Below, piece after piece: positions 30,364 to 40,729 of a stretch of 64,000 bases of DNA. The position numbers and the translations under genes were made by a program. Position 1 is the first letter of the stretch. Each line of letters starts with the position of its first letter. This DNA is from an uncultured delta proteobacterium. Lineage in GTDB: Bacteria > Desulfobacterota > Syntrophobacteria > BM002. The stretch is taken from the NCBI GenBank assembly GCA_963712115.1, contig CAVQGX010000017.1:11259-75258 (forward strand), written 5' to 3'. The notes under the pieces are model-generated. The model was given only the letters and a program-made list of their open reading frames with translations, had not been told where the DNA came from and searched no databases.

Positions 30364-31473
30364 ATGACTTTTATTGGCCAAATACTACTCATTAGTTGGG
30401 AGCTCTTCCTGGAGGCAGCACCCTATCTTTTCTTAGGCATCCTGGTGGCTGGACTCTTGTATCTTTTCCTTGCCCCTGAAACCATAGCCAAGCATCTCAA
30501 TAGGGGAAGGATAAGCTCTGTTTTCAAGGCAGCCCTCCTTGGCATTCCCCTGCCTCTTTGCTCTTGTGGGGTCTTGCCAGCGGCTGCAAGTTTGAGAAAA
30601 CAGGGGGCCAACAAGGGAGCTACCGCTGCCTTCCTCATCTCTACTCCTGAATCTGGAGTTGACTCAATCGCTATAACCTACGCCCTCTTAGATCCCCTCA
30701 TGACCCTTATTCGACCCCTTGCCGCTTTTATCACCGCTTTTGCCGCAGGTATTATGGAAAACCTCTTTGATTGGGGAGACAGGGAAAAAGGGTTGCCCCC
30801 AGTGGTCGACCCTGGTTGCCGGGTTGATGGCTGCTGCGACGGTCAAAATTGCCCCCCTGAGGAACATAACAAACACCACACTCTGGTTGAGAAATTGTGG
30901 AAGGGTATCAGCTATGGTTTCTTCGATCTTTATCGGGAGTTATCCGGCTGGATTTTTGCCGGCTTCTTGGTGGCCGGAGTAATTACTCTCTGGCTACCTG
31001 AGGATCTGACCAGCAGGTACCTTGGCGGCGGTTTCCTTACCATGCTTTTCATGCTTGCCGCCGGTATTCCCACCTATATCTGCGCCACCGCCTCTACCCC
31101 GGTAGCTGCCGCCTTGATCTTGAAAGGGGTGAGCCCTGGTGCGGCACTGGTGTTCCTCCTTGCTGGTCCGGCCACCAATATCGCCTCGCTCACAGTACTG
31201 ACTCGAGTGCTGGGGAGGCGCGGGGTAGTTATCTACTTGGGGTCCATCGCCATCTTTGCGGTGCTTTTCGGATTGGCTACTGATTGGCTCTATGCTTCCC
31301 TGGGGATTTCCCTGCAAACCAAACTGGCCACTTCAACAACTGAACTGCTGCCCGGCTGGCTTCACCTGACCCTAGCCTTAGTGTTGGCAATCCTTATGCT
31401 TGCCTTTTTTGTCCGCGCCACCGTTTCGTTCCTCAGAGCCAAAATTAATCTAACCCCTCAGCATCATGGCTAA
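30364..31473 (+). CDS. Metal efflux permease (DUF318/ArsP, SO_0444-like)
   Basis: PLPLCSCGV, FLISTPESGVDS, YICATASTP, GPATN; Cys/His-rich loop. Confidence 0.88.
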   Translation: MTFIGQILLISWELFLEAAPYLFLGILVAGLLYLFLAPETIAKHLNRGRISSVFKAALLGIPLPLCSCGVLPAAASLRKQGANKGATAAFLISTPESGVDSIAITYALLDPLMTLIRPLAAFITAFAAGIMENLFDWGDREKGLPPVVDPGCRVDGCCDGQNCPPEEHNKHHTLVEKLWKGISYGFFDLYRELSGWIFAGFLVAGVITLWLPEDLTSRYLGGGFLTMLFMLAAGIPTYICATASTPVAAALILKGVSPGAALVFLLAGPATNIASLTVLTRVLGRRGVVIYLGSIAIFAVLFGLATDWLYASLGISLQTKLATSTTELLPGWLHLTLALVLAILMLAFFVRATVSFLRAKINLTPQHHG

Positions 31474-31615
31474 GTCATGGTCCGCATGGCAGGAAGCGCA
31501 TAGCGAAAAATACTTCCTCTCAACGCTATGCGATCTTACCTTTAAATCCCGTCAGGGGAGGGGTAAGGAGCTTTCTGGGTGGAGGTCCAGATTGGGCCGG
31601 GCAGGACAGCTGATC

Positions 31616-31813
31616 TTAACCCTAATGTTGCAAACCCAGACCGGCCAAAACCGCTGCGCTCGCGCGATACCACGCCATCTGCAGCTGTGCTCGCCTCGGA
31701 CAGGACTTCACGTACGGTCAAGTACGCCTCGACCTATCCGAGCCTGTGCGTAGCCACATCTGGCGCACTCTTGCGCGTTTTTCCTGGGTATGGGTCTGCA
31801 ACATTAGGGTTAA
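31616..31813 (-). mobile_element. 198-bp rod-like hairpin with 23-bp terminal inverted repeats
   Basis: ttaaccctaatgttgcaaaccca...tgggtctgcaacattagggttaa (1 mismatch); core GAGGCGTACTTGACCGTACG on the minus strand. Confidence 0.7.
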
Positions 31814-31978
31814 TCTTGACAAGACCCTTAGTTGGCATTACTTTTTGCCTGGACCAGAAAAATATTGTGGAAAGATTAACTACCGATATTTACGGGAAAA
31901 ATTTTCTTAAAATTGAGCGATTCATGAAACATCCGGGTTAAAGTAGTTTCTGCGACTTTTTGACAGGAGGTAAAATCC

Positions 31979-32836
31979 ATGATGGCCAACCAGTTTAAAA
32001 CCACGGTTTTGCTGGCAGCCTTAACCGTACTCATCGTTCTCATCGGCAGAACGTTTGGCGGCAATCAAGGCATGATGATTGCCTTTATTTTCGCCATGCT
32101 CATGAACTTCGGCAGTTACTGGTTTTCAGACAAGATTGTCCTTGCCATGTATCGGGCCAAGGAGTTAACCCCCAGTGAAGCTCCGGAAATTCACCAGATG
32201 GTGGCGGAGTTGGCCCAAAACGGAGGTTTGCCTAAACCGCGCATTTATCTAATTCCCTCTGAAACCCCAAATGCCTTTGCAACCGGTCGCAATCCGGAAC
32301 ATGCAGTGGTGGCTGTTACCCAAGGTATCGTCCGGCTACTAAACGACGATGAGCTAAAAGGTGTGTTGGCCCATGAATTGGGACATGTAAGAAATCGGGA
32401 CATTCTGATTGGCTCCATTGCCGCCACCCTGGCAGGAGTGGTGATGATGCTCGCCAGCATGGCTCGCTTTGCCGCCATTTTTGGCATGGGGAGTTCTGAT
32501 GACGACAGAGGAGGAGGCAACATATTCGGTCTCATTCTCATGTCCATTCTCGCTCCCTTTGCAGCAATGCTCATCCAAATGGCCATCTCCCGCTCTCGGG
32601 AATACCTGGCTGATGAGACTGGCGCCCGTTTGGCAGGAAATCCCAAAAGTCTGGCCAGTGCCCTGGAAAAGTTAGCCTACGCCTCAAAGCGCATACCCAT
32701 GCAGGAGGCCAAGCCAGCAACGGCACATATGTTCATAGTCAACCCGCTGAGTGGTGGTGGCTTTGCCAGCTGGTTCAGTACCCATCCACCTATGGAAGAA
32801 CGCGTTCGCCGTCTGCGGGCCATGTCCCTTGCCTGA
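31979..32836 (+). CDS. htpX: Zinc metalloprotease HtpX
   Basis: [30 protein letters not shown]. Confidence 0.96.
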   Translation: MMANQFKTTVLLAALTVLIVLIGRTFGGNQGMMIAFIFAMLMNFGSYWFSDKIVLAMYRAKELTPSEAPEIHQMVAELAQNGGLPKPRIYLIPSETPNAFATGRNPEHAVVAVTQGIVRLLNDDELKGVLAHELGHVRNRDILIGSIAATLAGVVMMLASMARFAAIFGMGSSDDDRGGGNIFGLILMSILAPFAAMLIQMAISRSREYLADETGARLAGNPKSLASALEKLAYASKRIPMQEAKPATAHMFIVNPLSGGGFASWFSTHPPMEERVRRLRAMSLA

Positions 32837-32866
32837 TCTCAGCACCCTTTCTCCACAGTAACTCTG

Positions 32867-32898
32867 CCGGCGGGGTTTTGCCCCGCCGTTTTACTTTG
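32867..32898 (+). terminator. Rho-independent terminator
   Basis: cggcgggg-ttttg-ccccgccg followed by ttttacttt. Confidence 0.7.
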
Positions 32899-32935
32899 TG
32901 CCGTTACGCTGAGCGCTAAGCGCATAGCGCTATGC

Positions 32936-34464
<1,529 letters not shown>

Positions 34465-34471
34465 CCCCGGA

Positions 34472-34837
34472 TTACCAGAGGTCCCCTTTCTTCTTGTACT
34501 GTTTGACAATGGTGTCGTGTAAGCGCTTGCGCTCTCTAGGGGACAACCGGGTAAAGCGAACCACCATACCACGGGGGGTTATTTCATCATCGGGACCGTA
34601 TCTGTTTGACCAAATCACCTCGCCTTCAGCCAGCAGGGCCTCTTTTTCGGAAAACCGTATGCTCATACTGGCCACGTCATACAACCGCAGCGGATCTTTA
34701 CAGCGGACAAATGCTTGCTGGGTGCTAATGTGCTTGGTTTCTCCTCTCATTTGCCCGTCTGCCGTAAGCACGACAACGGGATACTTGGCGTCTACTTTTA
34801 GATTCTGGTGCCCCTTTTTTACCTTTAGTGTATTCAA
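34472..34837 (-). CDS. PilZ-like domain protein, degenerate
   Basis: GETKHIS...AFV, GEVIW, GMVVRF pattern; lacks RxxxR. Confidence 0.65.
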   Translation of the reverse strand: MNTLKVKKGHQNLKVDAKYPVVVLTADGQMRGETKHISTQQAFVRCKDPLRLYDVASMSIRFSEKEALLAEGEVIWSNRYGPDDEITPRGMVVRFTRLSPRERKRLHDTIVKQYKKKGDLW

Positions 34838-34982
34838 AATTATACCTCCCTGGATTTAGGGTTGACTGCTCATCTAGTGGAGTAACCTTCTAGGTTCGCC
34901 TTTTCCTTAGAAAATTTGTCTTGTCGGGGTGAATGGTAATGATTACGTCCATTGGGTTTGTGCAAAGGATGTACCAGGCAAA

Positions 34983-35092
34983 GAGATTGGAGATTTTAGA
35001 TTTTAGATTGCACATCGGAGAATGGAGATTAGGGGATCTTTTCGCTTCGCCTTGAACGAATCTTAAATCTGCAATCATAAGTCTAAAATAAA
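34983..35092. repeat. Inverted agatttt/aaatct array
   Basis: gagattggagattttagattttagattg...aatcttaaatctgcaatcataagtctaaaat. Confidence 0.65.
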
Positions 35093-35102
35093 AAATCTTC
35101 TC

Positions 35103-35131
35103 TTGACAAAACCACTAGACTTTTATAGTGT
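35103..35131 (+). promoter_or_regulatory. sigma70 promoter of the leader/aroF-pheA unit
   Basis: TTGACA-17-TAGTGT. Confidence 0.6.
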
Positions 35132-35162
35132 TGCAAGTCTCTTTTGGTCAAAGGTACAAAAT

Positions 35163-35252
35163 ATGCGCATGGGAGCAACATATTCCTTAGTAGTTAGAGC
35201 TGGACGGTTCTTTTTCTTTTGCTTTTTTAGGACCGTCCGCCCGGCTTCCTAG
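35163..35252 (+). CDS. Phe-rich attenuator leader peptide MRMGATYSLVVRAGRFFFFCFFRTVRPAS (PheL-like)
   Basis: Six Phe codons within seven positions; between the promoter and the attenuator terminator. Confidence 0.8.
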   Translation: MRMGATYSLVVRAGRFFFFCFFRTVRPAS

Positions 35253-35321
35253 CGCTATGCCCCGGGCGGACCGAAAGCGGTCGCCTCGGGGGTAATATCC
35301 TGGCTTTCAGTTCTTGAGCAT

Positions 35322-35359
35322 AAGCCCCGAGGTGGCTAACCTCGGGGCTTTTCTTTTTT
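35322..35359 (+). terminator. Attenuator terminator
   Basis: Perfect 12-bp stem aagccccgaggt/acctcggggctt plus ttctttttt, just upstream of the structural gene. Confidence 0.85.
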
Positions 35360-35387
35360 ACATTCACAATTGTAAGGAGTATTTCCA

Positions 35388-37265
35388 ATGATTCTCGTCT
35401 TGAAACAGGGCATAGGTGAGGAAGAGATAGAGCAGATCAGGAGCATTCTTCGGCAGGAGGGTTATCTTATTCGCGAGATGAGTGCCGGAGACGAAACGGT
35501 TATCGGCGTGGTGGGTCAGGTAAGCCGCGATCTCCGATTTTTTGAACAACTGCCGGGCGTAGCCAAGGTAGTTCCAGTGTCTCGTCCCTATAAGCTTGTT
35601 AGCCGAGAGATGCATCCTGAAGACACGGTAGTCCAGATTGGCGATGTACAGCTAGGCGGTCCACGGATTGTGGTGATTGCCGGCCCCTGTGCCGTAGAAA
35701 GCCGCGAACAAGCCATGACCATCGCCAAAAAGGTCAAGAGTGCCGGCGCTGTTCTCTTTCGCGGCGGCGCCTTTAAGCCGCGGACGTCGCCCTACTCTTT
35801 CCAGGGACTGGGTGAGGAAGGCTTGAGGATTCTCGCCCAGGTCAGAGAAGAAACTGGACTGCGGGTCGCAACTGAGATGACCTCTCCTAATCAGGCGGAC
35901 CTCATGATGAAGTACGTGGACGTCATCCAGATCGGCGCCCGCAATATGCAAAACTTCGAATTGCTTCGGAGCGCCGGCCGTCTCGGCAAACCCGTGTTGC
36001 TAAAAAGGGGCCTCTCAGCCACCATGGAAGAATGGCTGATGTCGGCGGAATACATACTGTCAGAGGGTAATGACCAAGTCATCCTCTGCGAGCGTGGCAT
36101 TCGTACCTTTGAGCGTTACACTCGCAATACCTTAGATCTATCTGCCATTCCCATAATTAAAAATCTCACTCACCTGCCGGTGGTCATCGATCCCAGCCAT
36201 GCTACTGGCCTCAGGGAGAAGGTCAGTCCCATGGCTCGCGCGGCTATTGCCGCTGGTGCTGACGGTCTTATGATCGAAGTACATCACGATCCAACCAATG
36301 CCCTCTCGGACGGCCCCCAGAGTCTTTACCCTGAACAGTTTGAACAGTTAATGCGAGACCTTTATGTGATTGCCCCTGTAGTGGGAAAACAGCTTGATTT
36401 TGCCTACTTGGAGAAAGCCGCTTCGGCTTCTGGTCTGCCTTCTGTGAAAACCGGCGGTCGGAGGCGTGCTGTTTTCGCTGGTGAAATGCGTGCTTTCGCC
36501 CAAAAAGCTGCAAGCCAATTTTTTGGCAGCGACATTAATATCGATCCGGTTTCTTCGTTCCGAGATGTTTTTCGAGAAGTAAAAGAAGGGAATTGTGACT
36601 TCGGGGTAATTCCTTTGGAAAATTCGCTAACAGGCAGTATCCATGAAAACTACGATCATCTATTGGAATATGAGGTTAGAATTGTTGGGGAGATAACCCT
36701 CCGTATTGTTCACGCCCTCATCGGTCATCCGGGGACGGAACTTCATACGATTAGACGAGTTATTTCTCATCCTCAAGCCCTCGAACAATGTCGCGATTTC
36801 TTGGAACGTCAACCTGGTTGGGAACTTGTTGCAGCCAGGGACACAGCTACCGCTGTGCGCCGCATCAAAGAAGGAGGCGAGTCAGGGGAAGTTGCCATTG
36901 CAGCAAGAGAAGCGGCAGATCTCTACGGTCTGAGTGTGCTCAAGGAAGGCATTGAGACCAACCCCAGAAACTATACCCGCTTTGCTGTAATAGCAGCAAG
37001 GGCAGTAAACAACGGCCCGAGGAAAAAATCTTCCCTGGTCTACTCCACCAGTAATAAGCCCGGCGCTTTATTTGATACCCTACAGATATTTGCTGAAAAC
37101 GGAATCAATCTGGTCAAGTTGGAATCCAGGCCCATCCACGGCAAACCCTGGGAGTACATGTTTTATGTTGATATCGAGGCCGACGTGGACTCTAACGAAC
37201 TCGCGGGGGTAATGGGGCAGCTGTCTGAGAAGACAGAGTACCTCAGAGTATTGGGAAGCTACTGA
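35388..37265 (+). CDS. Type I-beta DAHP synthase fused to prephenate dehydratase-ACT
   Basis: [34 protein letters not shown]; then [23 protein letters not shown]. Confidence 0.93.
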   Translation: MILVLKQGIGEEEIEQIRSILRQEGYLIREMSAGDETVIGVVGQVSRDLRFFEQLPGVAKVVPVSRPYKLVSREMHPEDTVVQIGDVQLGGPRIVVIAGPCAVESREQAMTIAKKVKSAGAVLFRGGAFKPRTSPYSFQGLGEEGLRILAQVREETGLRVATEMTSPNQADLMMKYVDVIQIGARNMQNFELLRSAGRLGKPVLLKRGLSATMEEWLMSAEYILSEGNDQVILCERGIRTFERYTRNTLDLSAIPIIKNLTHLPVVIDPSHATGLREKVSPMARAAIAAGADGLMIEVHHDPTNALSDGPQSLYPEQFEQLMRDLYVIAPVVGKQLDFAYLEKAASASGLPSVKTGGRRRAVFAGEMRAFAQKAASQFFGSDINIDPVSSFRDVFREVKEGNCDFGVIPLENSLTGSIHENYDHLLEYEVRIVGEITLRIVHALIGHPGTELHTIRRVISHPQALEQCRDFLERQPGWELVAARDTATAVRRIKEGGESGEVAIAAREAADLYGLSVLKEGIETNPRNYTRFAVIAARAVNNGPRKKSSLVYSTSNKPGALFDTLQIFAENGINLVKLESRPIHGKPWEYMFYVDIEADVDSNELAGVMGQLSEKTEYLRVLGSY

Positions 37266-37274
37266 GGGTTTAAA

Positions 37275-37398
37275 CACTAGGGACTAGGAACTAGGCACTA
37301 TGCACCAAAAGAACTATTCCGGTTGATTTGTCATGGTGCTTAGTGCTTACTGCCTAGTGCCTAGTAGTTTTCCTGCCCGCTGTCAGCTGCCTGCTGCT
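37275..37398. repeat. Inverted actaggc/gcctagt array
   Basis: cactagggactaggaactaggcactatgcac...gtgcttagtgcttactgcctagtgcctagt. Confidence 0.85.
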
Positions 37399-38161
37399 TG
37401 CTTTCTACCAGGCCTTCTCCCAGCGTCTTGAGAATGATCTCTGGTCCCTTGCCGAATTCTCTCTCCCATTTTCTTATGTGGCCCTGATCTGCGAAGCTGT
37501 AGTAGTGGTTTCGCCCGATGATCAAGTGGTCCAATACCTGGATGGACATTATCTTTCCTGCTAGAAAGAGATCGCGGGTGATGGTGAAATCTTGGCTGGA
37601 GGGCGTGGGGTCGCCAGATGGATGGTTGTGGGCGAAAACTAGTGCTGCCGCATGATGATCAAGAGCGCTCTTGATCACTTCCCGCGGATAGACCGCGCTG
37701 GAGGTGAGACTACCCTCAAACAGAGTCTCCACTTGGATGACCTCGTTGCGGCCATTGAGGAAAATTACTTTGAAAATCTCCTTCTTCAAGTCACGGAGAG
37801 AGTGGATAAGGTATTCGTAAACTTCCTTGGAAGAGGAGATGAACTCACGGCCTTTAAGTCTTTCCCGCAAAAACTTGCGGGCGACTTCATGCACCAGTTT
37901 CAAACCAAGTGCATTCTTAGGCCCAATTCCCGGAACTTGTCGGAGCTGATCCTCCGGAGCTTCCAACACCCCAGCAAGACCTTGGAATCGGCGGAGAGCT
38001 TCACGGGCGATATGTTTGCAGTCTCGTCTCGGAGTTCCCAGGGTAAGGAGAAGTTCTATAGTTTCCTCATCAGTTAGCTTCTCAAGGCCATGATTCAGGA
38101 ACTTTTGCCTGAGCCGCTCACGATGGCCTGCTATACGCTTTTGCCAGTCTCCCTTTTCCAT
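37361..38161 (-). CDS. radC: RadC family (JAB domain) protein
   Basis: GHRERLRQKF, HhH PGIG, VYPREV, HNHPSGD, LDHLIIG. Confidence 0.93.
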   Translation of the reverse strand: MEKGDWQKRIAGHRERLRQKFLNHGLEKLTDEETIELLLTLGTPRRDCKHIAREALRRFQGLAGVLEAPEDQLRQVPGIGPKNALGLKLVHEVARKFLRERLKGREFISSSKEVYEYLIHSLRDLKKEIFKVIFLNGRNEVIQVETLFEGSLTSSAVYPREVIKSALDHHAAALVFAHNHPSGDPTPSSQDFTITRDLFLAGKIMSIQVLDHLIIGRNHYYSFADQGHIRKWEREFGKGPEIILKTLGEGLVESKQQAADSGQENY

Positions 38162-38206
38162 TTGAGTGCCCCCTTTTCCAGCTTTCGGCTTTTCGCCGAA
38201 AGCTGC

Positions 38207-38392
38207 CACTAGAGACTAAGCACTAGGCACTATGCACTAGAGTGAATAGGGATAATATCCGGTTCTCGGTGTTTAGTGCTTAGTCCTAGTGCCTAGTCTC
38301 TTTTCTGCTTACTGCCTAGTGCCTAGTCGGAAGTAGTTCATAGTGCCCCGTCTTATTCATGCTATGCCTGCGCATGCGCTATGCGCTCTGCG
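38207..38392. repeat. Inverted actaggc array plus ctatgcg repeats
   Basis: cactagagactaagcactaggcactatgcactag...tagtgcttagtcctagtgcctagt. Confidence 0.85.
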
Positions 38393-38394
38393 GG

Positions 38395-39405
38395 TTACAT
38401 ATCGACTCCTGCCACTGGGGTCTGACAATCAGGACAACGACCTTTTTTGATATTATACTGGCCGGTAGCGAAGCCGAAGCGATCTATTAGTAATCGACCG
38501 CAGTGATGGCAAAGGGTTTTCTCCCCTTGATCACCCGGCAAGTTCCCCGTGTATACGTAGTGCAGTCCAACCTCTAGGCCGACCTCCCGAGCCCTTTTCA
38601 GCGTAGCCACGGGCGTGCTCGGGACATCCCTGAGCTTATAGGTTGGGTGAAATCGACTTACATGCCAGGGAGTCTCTGGTCCCAATGCAAGGATAAACTT
38701 GGCGATTTCTGACAGTTCCCTGCTACTGTCGTTGACACCGGGGATTACCAGGGTTGTGACCTCTACCCACACCCCCATGCCTTTTAGTTTTTGCAACGAT
38801 TCCAATACAGGTGCGAGCTTGGCCCCGCACTGCTCTTTATAGAAATCATCGCTGAAGGCTTTTAGGTCCACATTGGCCGCGTCCAGATAGGGATTGATGA
38901 GATCAAGAGCTTCCGAGGTCATATAGCCGTTAGTTACAAAGATGTTTTTCATATCGAAGGAGTGTGCCAGCTTGGCTGTCTCATAGGCATACTCAAAAAA
39001 GATGGTTGGTTCAGTATAAGTATAGGAAATAGATCGGCAGTCACTTTGTCGGGCAGATAGCACTATCTTTTCGGGGGGAAACTCCTCGCCCATGATCCGT
39101 TTATTCTCTCTGGGCATTTGGGAAATGTCAGCGTTTTGGCAGAAGAGGCAACGAAAGTTGCAACCAACAGTGGCTATGGAGTATGTGCGGCTTCCCGGCT
39201 GGAAGTGGAACAGTGGCTTCTTCTCCACCGGATCCACGTGCCTAGCGATTGTCCGACCGTATACCAGGCTTTGTAGACGTCCGCTTTGGTTTTCTCGGAC
39301 GCCGCAAATTCCCCGCTTTAGATCTTTAATGACACAGCGGTGAGCGCAGAGATGGCACTGAACCTTTTGGTCCTCTTGGCTCTCATAAAGCATTGCCTCT
39401 CGCAT
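38395..39405 (-). CDS. amrS: AmmeMemoRadiSam system radical SAM enzyme
   Basis: CHLCAHRC...G.CGVR, DPVEKKPLFHF, CNFRCLFCQN, YTYTEP, VTNGY, HVSRFHP. Confidence 0.92.
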   Translation of the reverse strand: MREAMLYESQEDQKVQCHLCAHRCVIKDLKRGICGVRENQSGRLQSLVYGRTIARHVDPVEKKPLFHFQPGSRTYSIATVGCNFRCLFCQNADISQMPRENKRIMGEEFPPEKIVLSARQSDCRSISYTYTEPTIFFEYAYETAKLAHSFDMKNIFVTNGYMTSEALDLINPYLDAANVDLKAFSDDFYKEQCGAKLAPVLESLQKLKGMGVWVEVTTLVIPGVNDSSRELSEIAKFILALGPETPWHVSRFHPTYKLRDVPSTPVATLKRAREVGLEVGLHYVYTGNLPGDQGEKTLCHHCGRLLIDRFGFATGQYNIKKGRCPDCQTPVAGVDM

Positions 39406-39483
39406 AGAAGAATTACCTTGGGTGGAGGGGCAAGAAAACAACTACAGGACGAAGCCCGTCCGACTTCGAGCGCACGCTGGTAA

Positions 39484-39660
39484 ACTAGGCACTAGACATA
39501 GAGGAAGGCAAGTAATTGAGACGAAATAAACCTGGATGTGAATTTGACATTTTGAATTTGGATTCTGGATTTCTGAGAGATTCGAATTTATACTATGCCA
39601 TTTCTCCATTCTGATCTGGCTCCTGACTTCTTGCTCTTACTGCCTGGTGCATAGTTCTTA
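39484..39660. repeat. Degenerate nested repeat array
   Basis: actaggcactag...gaatttgacattttgaatttggattctggattt...tactgcctggtgcatagt. Confidence 0.6.
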
Positions 39661-39688
39661 TCGCTAAGTAACTTCTGCTAATGAAACA

Positions 39689-40507
39689 CTAGGGATGCAG
39701 AATTGCCTCGGGTGGCCGTTTTTCTTTCCACACGGGTGGTGATGAAAACACCCTGAGGGTACCCTGAGGCAGTTGACCATGCTTTTTGTGCAGTGGGGTA
39801 GTCAGGTGATCTTTGCAGGTGATAAAGCGATAGCAAATGTCTACTTGCATTGAAATAAAGGCACCCAGAGGATTTTGTTGAAAAAAGGGATGGCCCTCTA
39901 CAGTCTGCGCAACCTTAGAAAGGGTCAAGGGGAAGAAGATCACCGTGCCCCACCGGACTGGGGTTGGTCCCAGGATCCTGTTAATCATCTCCTTGAGTTC
40001 CCACACGCTGAAAAAACGAGCCTGGCGATAGATGCTATCCCCTATTAGACCCTTGAGGCGACGGTTTATGGCCATGAAGGCATATTTGTTCAATACCCCC
40101 AGGACTACTCGGCGGCGAGTCACCCTAAAAGCCTCGGCCAGCGCTTTCTCAGGATCTTGCACAAACTCCAGGGTGTTGATCAAAGTGGATAGGTCGAACT
40201 CATTGTCCTCGAAGGGGAGATGCTCGGCCCAACCAAGGTGGAGATCCGCACTTTCCCGCAGTCGACTTCGGGCTCGCTCCAGCATGTAAGGACTTGCGTC
40301 CAGGCCGGTAACTTGGAGCCCCAAGTCTCTAAACCACTCGAGGTGAATACCTGTGCCTGAGCCAATATCCAGGAGACGTTCCCCGGGGCGGGGTTCCAGA
40401 TGGCGTTTGATCAGTTCGCGCTCCAGTTTAAGCGCCTGCGCACCACCCGGCCTCTGGTACCATTCATCATAGTGCCGGGCGCACTTATGATCAAACCCGC
40501 ACTTCAA
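39689..40507 (-). CDS. Class I SAM-dependent methyltransferase
   Basis: LLDIGSGTG, GLDAS..ML, AEHLPFEDNEFD; start codon uncertain. Confidence 0.88.
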   Translation of the reverse strand: MKCGFDHKCARHYDEWYQRPGGAQALKLERELIKRHLEPRPGERLLDIGSGTGIHLEWFRDLGLQVTGLDASPYMLERARSRLRESADLHLGWAEHLPFEDNEFDLSTLINTLEFVQDPEKALAEAFRVTRRRVVLGVLNKYAFMAINRRLKGLIGDSIYRQARFFSVWELKEMINRILGPTPVRWGTVIFFPLTLSKVAQTVEGHPFFQQNPLGAFISMQVDICYRFITCKDHLTTPLHKKHGQLPQGTLRVFSSPPVWKEKRPPEAILHP

Positions 40508-40596
40508 GTCAATTCCTCCCCATTGGTCATGGTTTAGCACTATTATAACAGTCTTGCCGTCATTCTCAAATTTTGACCATCAGACTGAGCACTTTG

Positions 40597-40728
40597 GTAA
40601 TTTCGAATTGCGAATTGCGAATTTCGAAATTATCAGACGTGACCTCCAATCACTGTCGTCTGTCCTCTGTCTTCTGACCTCTGAGCCCTGGCTCCTTACT
40701 CTATGCTCCACGCTCCATGCCCTATGCC
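40597..40728. repeat. cgaattg, tctgacc and ctatgcc tandem repeats
   Basis: aatttcgaattgcgaattgcgaatttcgaaatt; tctgtcctctgtcttctgacctctga; ctatgctccacgctccatgccctatgc. Confidence 0.75.
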
Positions 40729-40729
40729 A

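Noticed and set aside
29997-31473. Selenocysteine read-through in the metal-response genes
   Set aside because: The arsR TGA is followed directly by TAA and the permease ends in TAA; no internal in-frame TGA was found.
31466-31941. ORFs of 95 and 120 aa after the permease
   Set aside because: They run through the palindromic element and repeat arms and show no protein-like motifs.
37361-38161. radC as a marker of a mobile element
   Set aside because: It is the full-length chromosomal form with an HhH domain, and no integrase or conjugation genes are nearby.
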